Shown here piece by piece: positions 13,733-24,840 of a DNA stretch of 64,000 bases (the first letter of the stretch is position 1; the number at the start of each line of letters is the position of its first letter). The stretch is from Macrostomum lignano. Lineage: Eukaryota. The position numbers and the translations under genes were made by a program. The stretch is from contig NIVC01000671.1 of assembly GCA_002269645.1 (NCBI GenBank), forward strand, positions 420,228 to 484,227. The letters run 5' to 3'. The notes under the pieces were generated by a model. The model was not told the origin of the DNA. It worked only from the letters and a program-made list of their open reading frames with translations, and searched no databases.

Positions 13733-14669
13733 GCTTGGGATTAATTTTCGGTGTGCCAAAAGGCATTAATGATTAATAATAATGCCGGAAGATTGCTTTT
13801 TCAAAAAGATTTGGATGGCAGATACATTGGTCAGTTAGCACTTTTTACAGTTTCCCTGCGTGTGACTACTCTCTGGTCAGTAGTATAATTTGCATATAAA
13901 ATTCAGCTGATAAGATAAGAAATAATTATATCTTCAATTTTTGTTATTTTTATACTACTCACAGCTGCTCCCCTAAGAGTAGTATGAGCGTAGTGATTCG
14001 GGCTAAATTCATCGTAAGCAAACCGGCTCTTCTTGATTTTGTTTCAAGACAAAGCTAAAAAATTTTCTGTCTCAAGTTTATCTCACATTTTTGTTTACCT
14101 CAAGTCTCAGTTCTGTGTGCAATTATTTTCTAAATAACAGTTTGTTTCATTTTTCCGCTTACCTACTAAGTTCCCAATGTGTCTGGCCCTTCAAATACAA
14201 ATACTTTTGCGCACTCCAGTAATATTTGCAAAATTGTTTCATTTGTAATCTATCTAATCCAAGAGTGCGCACATGCTGGTAGCTACTTTCGAGTAGCTAG
14301 TTGCGCGCGTCAATGGAGTTTCTTTCTGTAAAACAAACTGATCTCTCGCTTCTGTTTTTTGTGTCTTAATCTATAGAATTGAATTTATTTTAGAGCGATT
14401 AACAGTGTATTTTAGTTTGCTCAAAGCTGCCTATTATATAGTAATTAAAATATGCAGTATGTTTGCGTTCTATTGATTAATTTCATTTCTTTTCATTCTC
14501 AGTTCCAAGCTGCTCTCAACTGTTGTTTCAAAGTTCATTCATTGATGCCATGTGTTTGAACCTTTGAGCTTGGCTCTGTTCTCGAATAATTTTCTGTGAA
14601 TTTTATAAACCTTTTCAAAACTGTTTTGGCTACTGATTTGCATTGGCATGGAGTGTGCCATTCCTTCGC

Positions 14670-15062
14670 ACCTATTCCCCCTCTCCCCTCTTCCTTCCCC
14701 CTCTCCCCTCTTCCTTCCCCTCTCCCCTCTTCCTTTCCCCTCTATTCCTTTCCCCTCTCCCCTCTTCTTTCCATTGTCTTGAGGAAGATGGGAGAGGCCC
14801 CTCTTCCTTTCCCCTCCTCTCATTTCCCCTCTCCCCTCTCACTTTCCCCTCCTCTCATTTCCCCTCTCCCCTCTTCCTTTCCCCTCCTCTCATTTCCTCT
14901 CTCCCCTCTCACTTTCCCCTCCTCTCATTTCCCCTCTCCCCTCTTCCTTTCCCCTCCTCTCATTTCCTCTCTCCCCTCTCACTTTCCCCTCCTCTCATTT
15001 CCCCTCTCCCCTCTTCCTTTCCCCTCCTCTCATTTCCTCTCTCCCCTCTCACTTTCCCCTCT
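14670..15062. repeat. CT-rich low-complexity repeat
   Basis: Recurring TTTCCCCTCTCCCCTCT motifs. Confidence 0.9.
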
Positions 15063-15789
15063 CGTCAAGCAATCTCTCAAGACGGTGTAATTAGAAATTG
15101 TTAACTTGCTGCTGCTGCGACTATAACATTTATATTATTGAGTGTTACGTATTTGATAAGATTGCTTTCTTTTTGCAGTTACAGTCGGTGTCGTTAAGCA
15201 CATGCATTGTATAGTGAAAATTAGTATTAGTAATAAACATACTACTATTGGTGCGCGTAGCGATGAGCTGCATTATAAATTGAAATATATATATCGAAGC
15301 TATGCTAAACTCTTAGTTAAATAGTTGGATACGGTAGTCAAACACAATGCTTAATTTAGTAGCTACGCGAGTTCTCGCTAAGCAATTATATCCAATTATT
15401 TTATTTACACTGTCAAACAAAGCTCTCAGCCTGCCTGCAACCCGTGCGATTTCAATCAATAAAATTTTAATTGTATGTAAAAATTAGCGTTATCATATAT
15501 GCATTCGTTTACTTGTTAGCATCTAATATATGGGCATGTATGCGAATATATATTACAATTGATGTATTGATTTACTACTGAACAGTTAGTAATATATGCC
15601 AGGTGTTTGCCGTGATGCGCATGAGTTAATACTATTATTATTATGTCTCCAAAAATACATCCGATATGCTGCATAATCTTCTTTGTCGCTAAGATTGGCT
15701 TCTCAGTATGTTTATTCTGAATGATAAGTGCACCGGCTTTTCCCGACCTCAAATTTACGGGTTAAACATTTGTGGAAGCTAAAGATTAA

Positions 15790-17585
15790 AGAATCTAGAG
15801 AGTCACTCATTGGAGATTCTAGAGAGGCACTCATTGGAAAATCTAGAGAGGCACTCATTGGGGAATCTAGAAAAGCACTCATTGGGGAATCTAGAGAGTC
15901 ACTCATTCGGGAATCTAGAGAGTCACTCATTGGGGAATCTAGAGAGTCACTCATTGGGGAATCTAGAGAGTCACTCATTGGGGAATCTAGAGAGTCACTC
16001 ATTGGAGATTCTAGAGAGGCACTCATTGGAAAATCTAGAGAGTCACTCATTCGGGAATCTAGAGAGTCACTCATTGGGGAATCTAGAGAGTCACTCATTC
16101 GGGAATCTAGAGAGTCACTCATTCGGGAATCTAGAGAGTCACTCATTGGGGAATCTAGAGAGTCACTCATTGGGGAATCTAGAGAGGCACTCATTGGTGA
16201 ATCTAGAGAGGCACTCATTGGTGAATCTAGAGAGTCACTCATTGGTGAATCTAGAGAGGCACTCATTGGTGAATCTAGAGAGTCACTCATTGGTGAATCT
16301 AGAGAGGCACTCATTGGTGAATCTAGAGAGTCACTCATTGGTGAATCTAGAGAGGCACTCATTGGTGAATCTAGAGAGTCACTCATTGGTGAATCTAGAG
16401 AGGCACTCATTGGGGAATCCAGAGAGTCGCACATTGGAGAATCTAGAGAGTCACCCATTGGGGAATTTAGAGTCACTCATTGGGGAATCTAGAGAGTCAC
16501 TCATTGGGGAATCTAGAGAGTCACTCATTCGGGAATCTAGAGAGTCACTCATTGGGGAATCTAGAGAGTCACTCATTGGGGAATCTAGAGAGTCACTCAT
16601 TCGGGAATCTAGAGAGTCACTCATTGGAGATTCTAGAGAGGCACTCATTGGAGATTCTAGAGAGGCACTCATTGGTGAATCTAGAGAGGCACTCATTGGG
16701 GAATCTAGAAAGGCACTCATTGGGGAATCTAGAGAGTCACTCATTCGGGAATCTAGAGAGTCACTCATTGGGGAATCTAGAGAGTCACTCATTGGGGAAT
16801 CTAGAGAGGCACTCATTGGTGAATCTAGAGAGGCACTCATTGGTGAATCTAGAGAGTCACTCATTGGTGAATCTAGAGAGGCACTCATTGGTGAATCTAG
16901 AGAGTCACTCATTGGTGAATCTAGAGAGGCACTCATTGGTGAATCTAGAGAGTCACTCATTGGTGAATCTAGAGAGGCACTCATTGGGGAATCCAGAGAG
17001 TCGCACATTGGAGAATCTAGAGAGTCACCCATTGGGGAATTTAGAGTCACTCATTGGGGAATATAGAGAGGCACTCATTCGGAATCTAGAGAGGCACTCA
17101 TTGAGGAATCTAGAGAGGCACTCATTCGGGAATCTAGAGAGGCACTCATTGGGGAATCCAGAGAGTCGCACATTGGAGAGAATCTAGAGAGTCACTCATT
17201 GTGGAATTTAGAGTCACTCATTGGGGAATTTAGAGTCACTCATTGGGGAATCTAGAGAGTCACTCATTGTGGAATTTAGAGTCACTCATTGGGGAATTTA
17301 GAGTCACTCATTGGGGAATTTAGAGTCACTCATTGGGGAATCTAGAGAGTCACTCATTGGGGAATCTAGAGAGGCACTCATTGGAGAATATAGAGAGGCA
17401 CTCATTCGGAATGTAGAGAGGCACTCATTGGGGAATCTAGAGAGGCACTCATTGGGAAATCTAGAGACGCACTCATTCCAGAGGCACTCAGTCCGGAATC
17501 CAGAGGCACTCATTCGGGAATCTAGAGAGGCACTCATTCGGGAATCCAGAGTCACTCATTCGGGAATGCAGAGGCACTCACTAGA
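15790..17585. repeat. 24-bp minisatellite (GAATCTAGAGAGTCACTCATTGGG)n with a higher-order 574-bp duplication
   Basis: About 75 units. A signature variant (CCAGAGAGTCGCACATTGGAG) recurs at ~16419, ~16993 and ~17159. Confidence 0.95.
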
Positions 17586-18559
17586 GAGGCACCCGAAGCT
17601 CATAGCCAGTTATGTGTTGTAACCGGGCCAACAGGCAATGGCAGCAGAAAGCCAGAGAACACCAGTTAGCTGGTGCTATAACCAGCGCTTGTTTGTGTCA
17701 AAGTCTGACTTTCCCTGCGCCAATGCGTTTAGATGAGTGGCATTGCCTGTTAAAACGGTCACATCTGCAACTTGGCTGCACTGACAGAGAGCTGGACTCA
17801 CTGATGCAGGGACTTACCTAGCCTTGCAGAGGAGGATTATTACTGGATTCGAGTGGCGATTGCGTTGGCTGAGTCGGCTGGGATATCGCTTATTTATAAT
17901 CCCAATCGAGGCTTCCCCATAGTCATAGAGCCGGCGGGGGGCTGTGGGGGAAGATTTCACCTGCCCCAGCAATTCTCCCAGCCCAGGCCACCCCCCCCCC
18001 TGTTCGGTTGTCGCGGTTGAATTAAGGCTGATTCTTCAAGCTGCTTTGTTGTATCGGTTTGGGAGTGGAAGGGGGTTTTGCTGACTTCTTGGTAGAGTTT
18101 GCCTGTTGCTCAGTTCGAGTATGGAGGAGTATAGGGAGGGGGATGCTGCCAGTGCCGAGGCGGGACCACCTGCTGATAGGGGCTATAGCACTAGCCCGGT
18201 CTGACTGGGGGTGGGGGCTGCCTGACTGCATGCAGTTTGAGGATCCTGAGTCTGCAACAATAGCATTGCAAGGCTGGGGAGGCAGCTGGTTCGCTCGGCT
18301 CCCCTGCCTCAGTGTAGGGGAGGGGGTTGGCGGCTAGCATGGCTCTGCGAGTCTTGCCGGCTCCCCGCAATGGTCAACTCCTGACTCATTTGGCCCAACG
18401 GCCCGTGGCATAGCGCCGCCTCATGCCAAGGACGCCTGATAGTGTAGAGCTAGGGTCTGGAGTGCCTTGTACTTAAACTTGGGTTAAACTTGTAAGTTGT
18501 TCTCCCCGCATCTCAGAGGGGTTCTCATTTACTAAAAAACTGTTTCTGACAAATTCAGA

Positions 18560-18775
18560 GCTCTAAACTTCACCAGCTGGAGACTTCATAAAGCTCGAAG
18601 TTTCATAAAACTCGAAATTTCATAAAGCTCGAAATTTCATAAAGCTCTAAACTTCATAAAGCTCTAAACTTCATAAAGCTCGAAATTTAATGAAGCTCTA
18701 AACTTCATAAAGCTCTAAACTTCATAAAGCTCTAAACTTCATAAAGCTCTAAACTTCACAAGCTCGAGACTTCAC
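18560..18775. repeat. ~17-bp tandem repeat (AAAGCTCTAAACTTCAT)n
   Basis: Read directly. Confidence 0.9.
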
Positions 18776-19359
18776 ATCGAAATGTCACAACGTCGGAAAA
18801 TACCAAGGAACCTGTAGTGAAGGCTCGGTTTGCTTGTCAACAAGAACTCACGTATAAGGTTAATAAATCGGTCTTGATGAACAATGAGCTCTTCTCCAAA
18901 TTCTAGATCTTAGATCTCCTTGCAGCTCTTCCCACTTTGAGCTCAAGCAGCTATAGAATCCTATCTTATAGAATGAGCTCTACTCAAATTATGGTAGAAC
19001 AACAGCTTCACCAACAATTAATTGAGCAGTCGTGCGCCATTGAGTTTGGGTTGCGCTCATTATTCAATGACAGAATTGATATCGCAGATATAGGCTTATT
19101 GTCTTCATTTATTGAACTGTCTCACTAGATGTAGTTACCACAGTAAGAATATAGTTGAATAAAATTCAAAAGCTAAACCCGTACACTAACACTGTTATAT
19201 TGAGTTCAGCCCTACTCAGTAGTCACATAGGAGCGGAAATGTTCAGAAATTTTTATTAGCTGGCATTTTAATGGCAACAGTTCTTCAGTTTATTCGGGCA
19301 GAAGTAGTGACTTTTTAATCAAATTGGGCGCTGGCATCACTTGTGTATTCGATCATATT

Positions 19360-19975
19360 AAGGCGGGAGGGTGTGGCTTGGTGGGAGGAGGGTGAGGCTT
19401 GGTGAGAGAAGGGTGAGGCTTGGTGAGAGGAGGGTGAGGCTTGGTGAGAGGAGGGTGAGGCTTGGTGAGAGGAGGGTGAGGCTTGGTGGAAGGAAGGTGA
19501 GGCTTAATGGGAGGGTGATGCTTGGAGGGAGGGTGAGACTTGGATAGAGGGTGAGGCTTGGAAGGAGGGTGAGGCTTAATGGGAGGGTAAGGCATAGTGG
19601 AAGGAGGGTGAGGCTTGGTAGGGGAGAATGAGGCTTGGTGGGAAGAGGTTGAGACTTGGTGAAAGGAGGGTGAGGCTTGGTGAAAGGAGGGTGAGGCTTG
19701 GTGAAAGGAGGGTGGGTCTTGGTGAAAAGAGGCTGGGGCTTGGTGGGAGGGTGAGGCTTAATGTGAGGTTGGGGTTTAGTGGAAGGAAGGGTGAGGCTTA
19801 ATGGGAAGGTGAGGCTTGGAGGGAGGTTGAGGCTTGGAGGGAAGGTGAGGCTTGGAGGGAGGGTGAGGCTTAATGTGAGGTTGAGGTTTAGTGGAAGGAA
19901 GGGTGAGGCTTAATAGGAAGGTGAGGCTTGGAGGGAGGTTGAGGCTTGGAGGGAGGGTGAGGCTTGGAATGAGTG
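19360..19975. repeat. G-rich 18-21-bp minisatellite (GGGTGAGGCTTGGTGGGAGGA)n
   Basis: Reverse complement of the array at 20466-21640. Confidence 0.92.
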
Positions 19976-20154
19976 TAAGGCTTAGCAGAGCGGGTAGGAT
20001 AGCAACTTATTTGAACAACAGTTTAAAAAAAAGAATTTTTTTCTCCATAAATCAGAACACTTTATGAAGCAAAACTTCTGACGCAAGTAGCCACTATTCA
20101 CTTGGCTCGCACATTTTCAAAGCTGAAGCACAGGCGGCTGGACCGGCCGGTAAT

Positions 20155-22134
20155 TCAAAATGTGGCGATGAGCCTGCCGACAACTGCAGTGGCCGTCGCA
20201 CCTAGAAGTCCTGTCATGAGTCCGCGGTAATCACTCTTTGTCCCGCTGGCAGAGTTGCACAGGTCTTTGTCATTGCAACAGTAGAGCCCGTTGCCGTCCG
20301 AGTCTACGGATTTCGTGCAGGTGTCCAGGCAGGTCCGGCTGGCCGCGTTCACTGATTTGGTTTTCTGTGCGATTCAATTGGATTTTGATTGGCTCTTAAT
20401 TTATTTAATGTTGAGTTCCGCTATGATAATAATGAGTGCAAACTCTAATGAATTCCGCTTTTGCAGACTGCAGTCTCATCCTCCTCCCAACAAGCCTCAC
20501 CCTCTTCCCACCAAGTCTCACCCTCCTCCCACCAAGTCTCACCCTCCTCCCACCAAGCCTCACCCTCCTCCCACCAAGTCTCACCCTCCTCCCACCAAGT
20601 CTCACCCTCCTCCCACCAAGCCTCTTCTTCCTCCCACCAAGCCTCACCCTCCCACCAAGTCTCACCCTCCTCCCACCAAGCCTCACCTTCCTCCCACCAA
20701 GTCTCACCCTCCTCCCACCAAGTCTCACCCTCCTCCCACCAAGCCTCACCCTCCTCCCACCAAGTCTCACCCTCCTCCCACCAAGCCTCTTCTTCCTCCC
20801 ACCAAGCCTCACCCTCCCACCAAGTCTCACCCTCCTCCCACCAAGCCTCACCTTACTCCCACCAAGTCTCAGCCTCCTCCCACCAAGCCTCACCCTCCCA
20901 CCAAGCCTCACCCTCCCACCAAGCCTCACCCTCCCACCAAGTCTCACCCTCCTCCTATCAAGTCTCAGCCTCCTCCCACCAAGCCTCACCTTACTCCACA
21001 AAGTCTCAGCCTCCTCCCACCAAGCCTCACCCTCCCACCAAGCCTCACCCTCCCACCAAGCCTCACCCTCCCATCAAGCCTCACCCTCCCACCAAGCCTC
21101 ACCCTCCTCCCACCAAGCCTTCACCCTCCCACCAAGCCTCACCCTCCCACCAAGCCTCACCCTCCCACCAAGCCTCACCCTCCCACCAAGCCTCACCCTC
21201 CCATCAAGCCTCACCCTCCCACCAAGCCTCACCCTCCCACCAAGCCTCACCCTCCCACCAAGCCTCACCCTCCTCCCACCAAGCCTTCACCCTCCCACCA
21301 AGCCTCACCCTCCCACCAAGCCTCACCCTCCTCCCACCAAGCCTTCACCCTCCCACCAAGCCTCACCCTCCTCCCACCAAGCCTTCACCCTCCCACCAAG
21401 CCTTCACCCTCCCACCAAGCCTCACCCTCCCATCAAGCCTCACCCTCCCACCAAGCCTCACCCTCCCACCAAGCCTCACCCTCCCACCAAGCCTCACCCT
21501 CCTCCCACCAAGCCTCACCCTCCCACCAAGTCTCACCCTCCTCCTATCAAGTCTCAGCCTCCTCTCACCAAGTCTCACCCTCCTCCTATCAAGTCTCAGC
21601 CTCCTCCCACCAAGTCTCACCTTCCTCTTACTAAAGCCTCATGAATTTTCTCATTCATACGCTCGTAGATTTACTTTGTGCATGTACTACTAAGAATGTT
21701 TACAACATAAGTAGGTTGTGTGGATTTATAATTTTTTTTTAGGTAGGAAATTTTTTTATGCATTCTGTGCTGAGGCTGAATACGAGCTCGCACTAGTTAA
21801 TTATTTAACTAATTAATTATGACTGCTCAAACTCACGCCGCAATAAATACAGGAGGTTGACACGGAATTCTCGCTACGTGTGAAAGTGTCGCTACAGGCT
21901 GTACAGGTGTAGCACTGGACATTGGCATGCACGGCAGTCTGCAGAGCTGCCACTGGATGCATGCAATTCCGATTGGAAGAAAATATAGTTATTGTAGGAT
22001 GAATTTGAGTTAGTTAGAATGCAAATTTGAGCAATATTCGATGCTTTTTACCTTCGAGTATCAGTAGGATAGTTACCAATTTTGCATTCATTTTGGGTTA
22101 AGGTATTACTCGTATTACCAATTAAAGCAACCAT
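20155..22134 (-). CDS. GPI-anchored Ly6/uPAR (three-finger) protein; exons 22134-22119 (tentative), 21952-21837, 20364-20155
   Basis: Spliced product [44 protein letters not shown]|[41 protein letters not shown] followed by a hydrophobic tail. It has 10 Cys, N-terminal CYxC, C-terminal CCxxxxCN and a GPI-type tail. Intron phases (1, 0) are consistent. Exon 1 is less certain. Confidence 0.88.
20466..21640. repeat. C-rich 18-21-bp minisatellite (CCTCACCCTCCTCCCACCAAG)n in the Ly6 intron
   Basis: Read directly. Confidence 0.95.
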
Positions 22135-24735
22135 GTGCTGTGGAATATTAGAATTAAAAAGGCTTCGCTAACCTAACAGTTCTCAAACTCTCTCTTTTAT
22201 GCATAACAGTCGCCCATACCCAGCTGCACTTATAGACAGCAACAATTAGATGGTTAGAACTGCCATTGGGGCAGGGAGATGGTGGCTCACTGCATGCGCT
22301 TCTATTATAGATGGCCCACAATTCCATCGCTCCATTCTATTTATTCACTAACTCATTGACTGTCAGCTTAATATTATAATATTCACCTATAAGAGCACGG
22401 CGCCACTTTTAAGCCATGCAGGACTGAACTGGGGCCGCGGGGCTTCTCTCAGTGTCTGCCTTTCTTCAACGGCAGCTTAGCCAAGCTGCAGCGGGCGGGC
22501 GTTAACACAATACGAGCTAACAAGGAGAATGTAGAATGGGTATAGCTATAGCAACTCAACTCGATCTGCATTCTTCTTGAGATGCCATCTTTGAGGTGCC
22601 TACAGCTGTTTTTCTTTGACACCTTTTACTGTAATTTTGTATTGTACATGCAAATTTACTTAATTATAATACACCTTTTGTGGCCTGCATGTATATAATT
22701 ACATGTGCATGTACTACATGCATAACACTGACGATCGTTAGCACAACCCAACTAGGAGCTATATGCGTACTCTAGGAGCATCTTTTTGTTCCAAATGCTG
22801 TTCAATGCTAAAATTCACGAGATATATAAAAAACATATACTGTTGTATGATGTCCCTAATTCTTACCACGTGGTCTCCAGTAGTTAATGTATATTTTTTA
22901 AATTGAGTCCGATCTAGCGATGTCCTTTTTACTACGTCCTTACATTAATCCTTTACTACTGTTTGGCAATGATATAATACATTTAAATACAGTGCATATT
23001 AAATGTGGGAGGTGGCACATACAAGGAAAACCTACATTTGCATGTGCACGAGCATATGTACTGTAATACGAAAATACGAGTGTACATGTGTCTTACTACG
23101 AGTATAAGTCGTTCTTGGGTAATGTATAAATTATTTAGCAATTTTGAACTAAAAGCTCTCACATTTAACAGCATATTTTGTTTATGTGAGATCAAGCCAT
23201 TTTTATACTTCCAGAGCAAGAGGTCTACAATTACATGCATTGGTGATTATTCTACTGACGGCTAATCCGTTATTTAAAGCAACAATTTAAACAAAGCAGC
23301 AGCAACGAGTCTGTTTTAATCGAATACACTGTACTGAATAGTTTCGTCAATATTTTTAATTAGTAAAAACATTGGCTGCTTTTTATTTTATAAAAAATAA
23401 AGAGTGTTATTCTTGTTTTAGCGCATTTTTAGCTTAAAAATGTTTTGGTTAATTTTTTCTAAACGTGTAGAGATTAACGAGCGAGCGTAGAAGATTTGGC
23501 CTATTATTGATATTAGCATACTGTAATTGAACATTTTAGGGTTGTTATCCACTATTTTATTCTTGCATCCAACTTTACGGAACAATTTTATCCTATAATT
23601 TGGATAACATATTCAAAATGACAAAAAAAATATAACTAAGATTCGAAGTTCAAAACAGTGCTATTGTTTCGTGCGAGCCTTTTTATCACTAATTACGATA
23701 AATAATACCAAGCATAATATTCATAACTACTCTTTAAAATTAAGATGCAATGACCATGAATCATGTCTTCGCAGATGAATTAATAAATATTGTTATTTTG
23801 GTTGTTTCAATAAGTCAAGTCACAGAATTATCACACTTAAAATGTATATTATATTATGACAATCTAATACTGTGCATTGAAAATTGCATTCCACTCTGGC
23901 TTCTTAGTAAGTGGGCAGCTTCTGATTCAAGGAAGGCAAATTCAGCATAGATAATGGAAATAATTGGACTGAAATTTAAACTATAATTCAATTAATTAAA
24001 TTATTCTTAATTAATGCCTCTGCATGATTAAGCTACTTCTGCTATAGAATCAAGATTTTGTCTAGGATCAAGATTTTTGTCATGGCAAAATTCAGTTGTA
24101 TGATTTCCAACTATTACAAGTATATTTCTAGTGTGACATCTAAACAGCAAAGTATAATTTATTCCTTAATTTATTTACCTAATCTATCTAGGCCTAGTTG
24201 AACTCCTTAAAAAATTGCAGAAATATGTATTATATAACCTACAAAGATAAACTAGTAATCACACCCCATTTTTTAAATACTAAGCAAATTAATTGTTTTG
24301 CATTTCTTCGAGTACATTTTGTTTAAAAACTCTAATTACAGATGGTCATAAGAACAGGTTTATGTCATTAGTGAAGAGAATTTTTTCATCGACATTTGTT
24401 TATGAAAACAGATTTAGTTTTCTTAGATCAAGACTACAAACCTCAGTTCAAAACCCTGTCAAACAGTTACAGTTACACTGTTTATTGTTTAATAGTTGTT
24501 TGAATTTGAGTCTTACCCTGGGCAGCAAGATTACGTCTGTTCTATTTTTAGTATCACTACAATAAAAACCCGCTGCCAGCGCAAAAGCCAAACGGGCGCT
24601 CGCTGGCGTGGCGGGGTTGAAGGCGGCCCTGCCCGCCCCAGCTCAGCAAACGCAGATCGGCTACTTCGCGGAAAGCAAGTCGATCAGCGACGCGCCGCCA
24701 CGCAGCCGCAGCAGCGCCAGGAGGGCAGCAACGGC

Positions 24736-24809
24736 ATGGCCTGCGCTGTCGAAAAATGGCGGCCGCCGCCGTCACCGCCGCCGCAGCAGCAGCAGCAGCC
24801 ATGCGAACC

Positions 24810-24840
<31 letters not shown>

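Noticed and set aside
14280-14299. TAGCTACT-TTCG-AGTAGCTA hairpin as a Helitron end or terminator
   Set aside because: No correctly spaced CTRR terminus or U-tract; an isolated 8-bp stem.
15712-17622. Long ORFs across minisatellites (also 20291-21693, 30020-32186, 47892-48742, 60572-61331)
   Set aside because: They are open in several frames and on both strands because the unit lacks stops; no splice or codon-usage support.
18780-19100. Short coding-looking minus-strand stretches (EFGEELIVHQDRFINLIREFLL...)
   Set aside because: Interrupted by stops, with no convincing splice sites or family motif; left unassigned.
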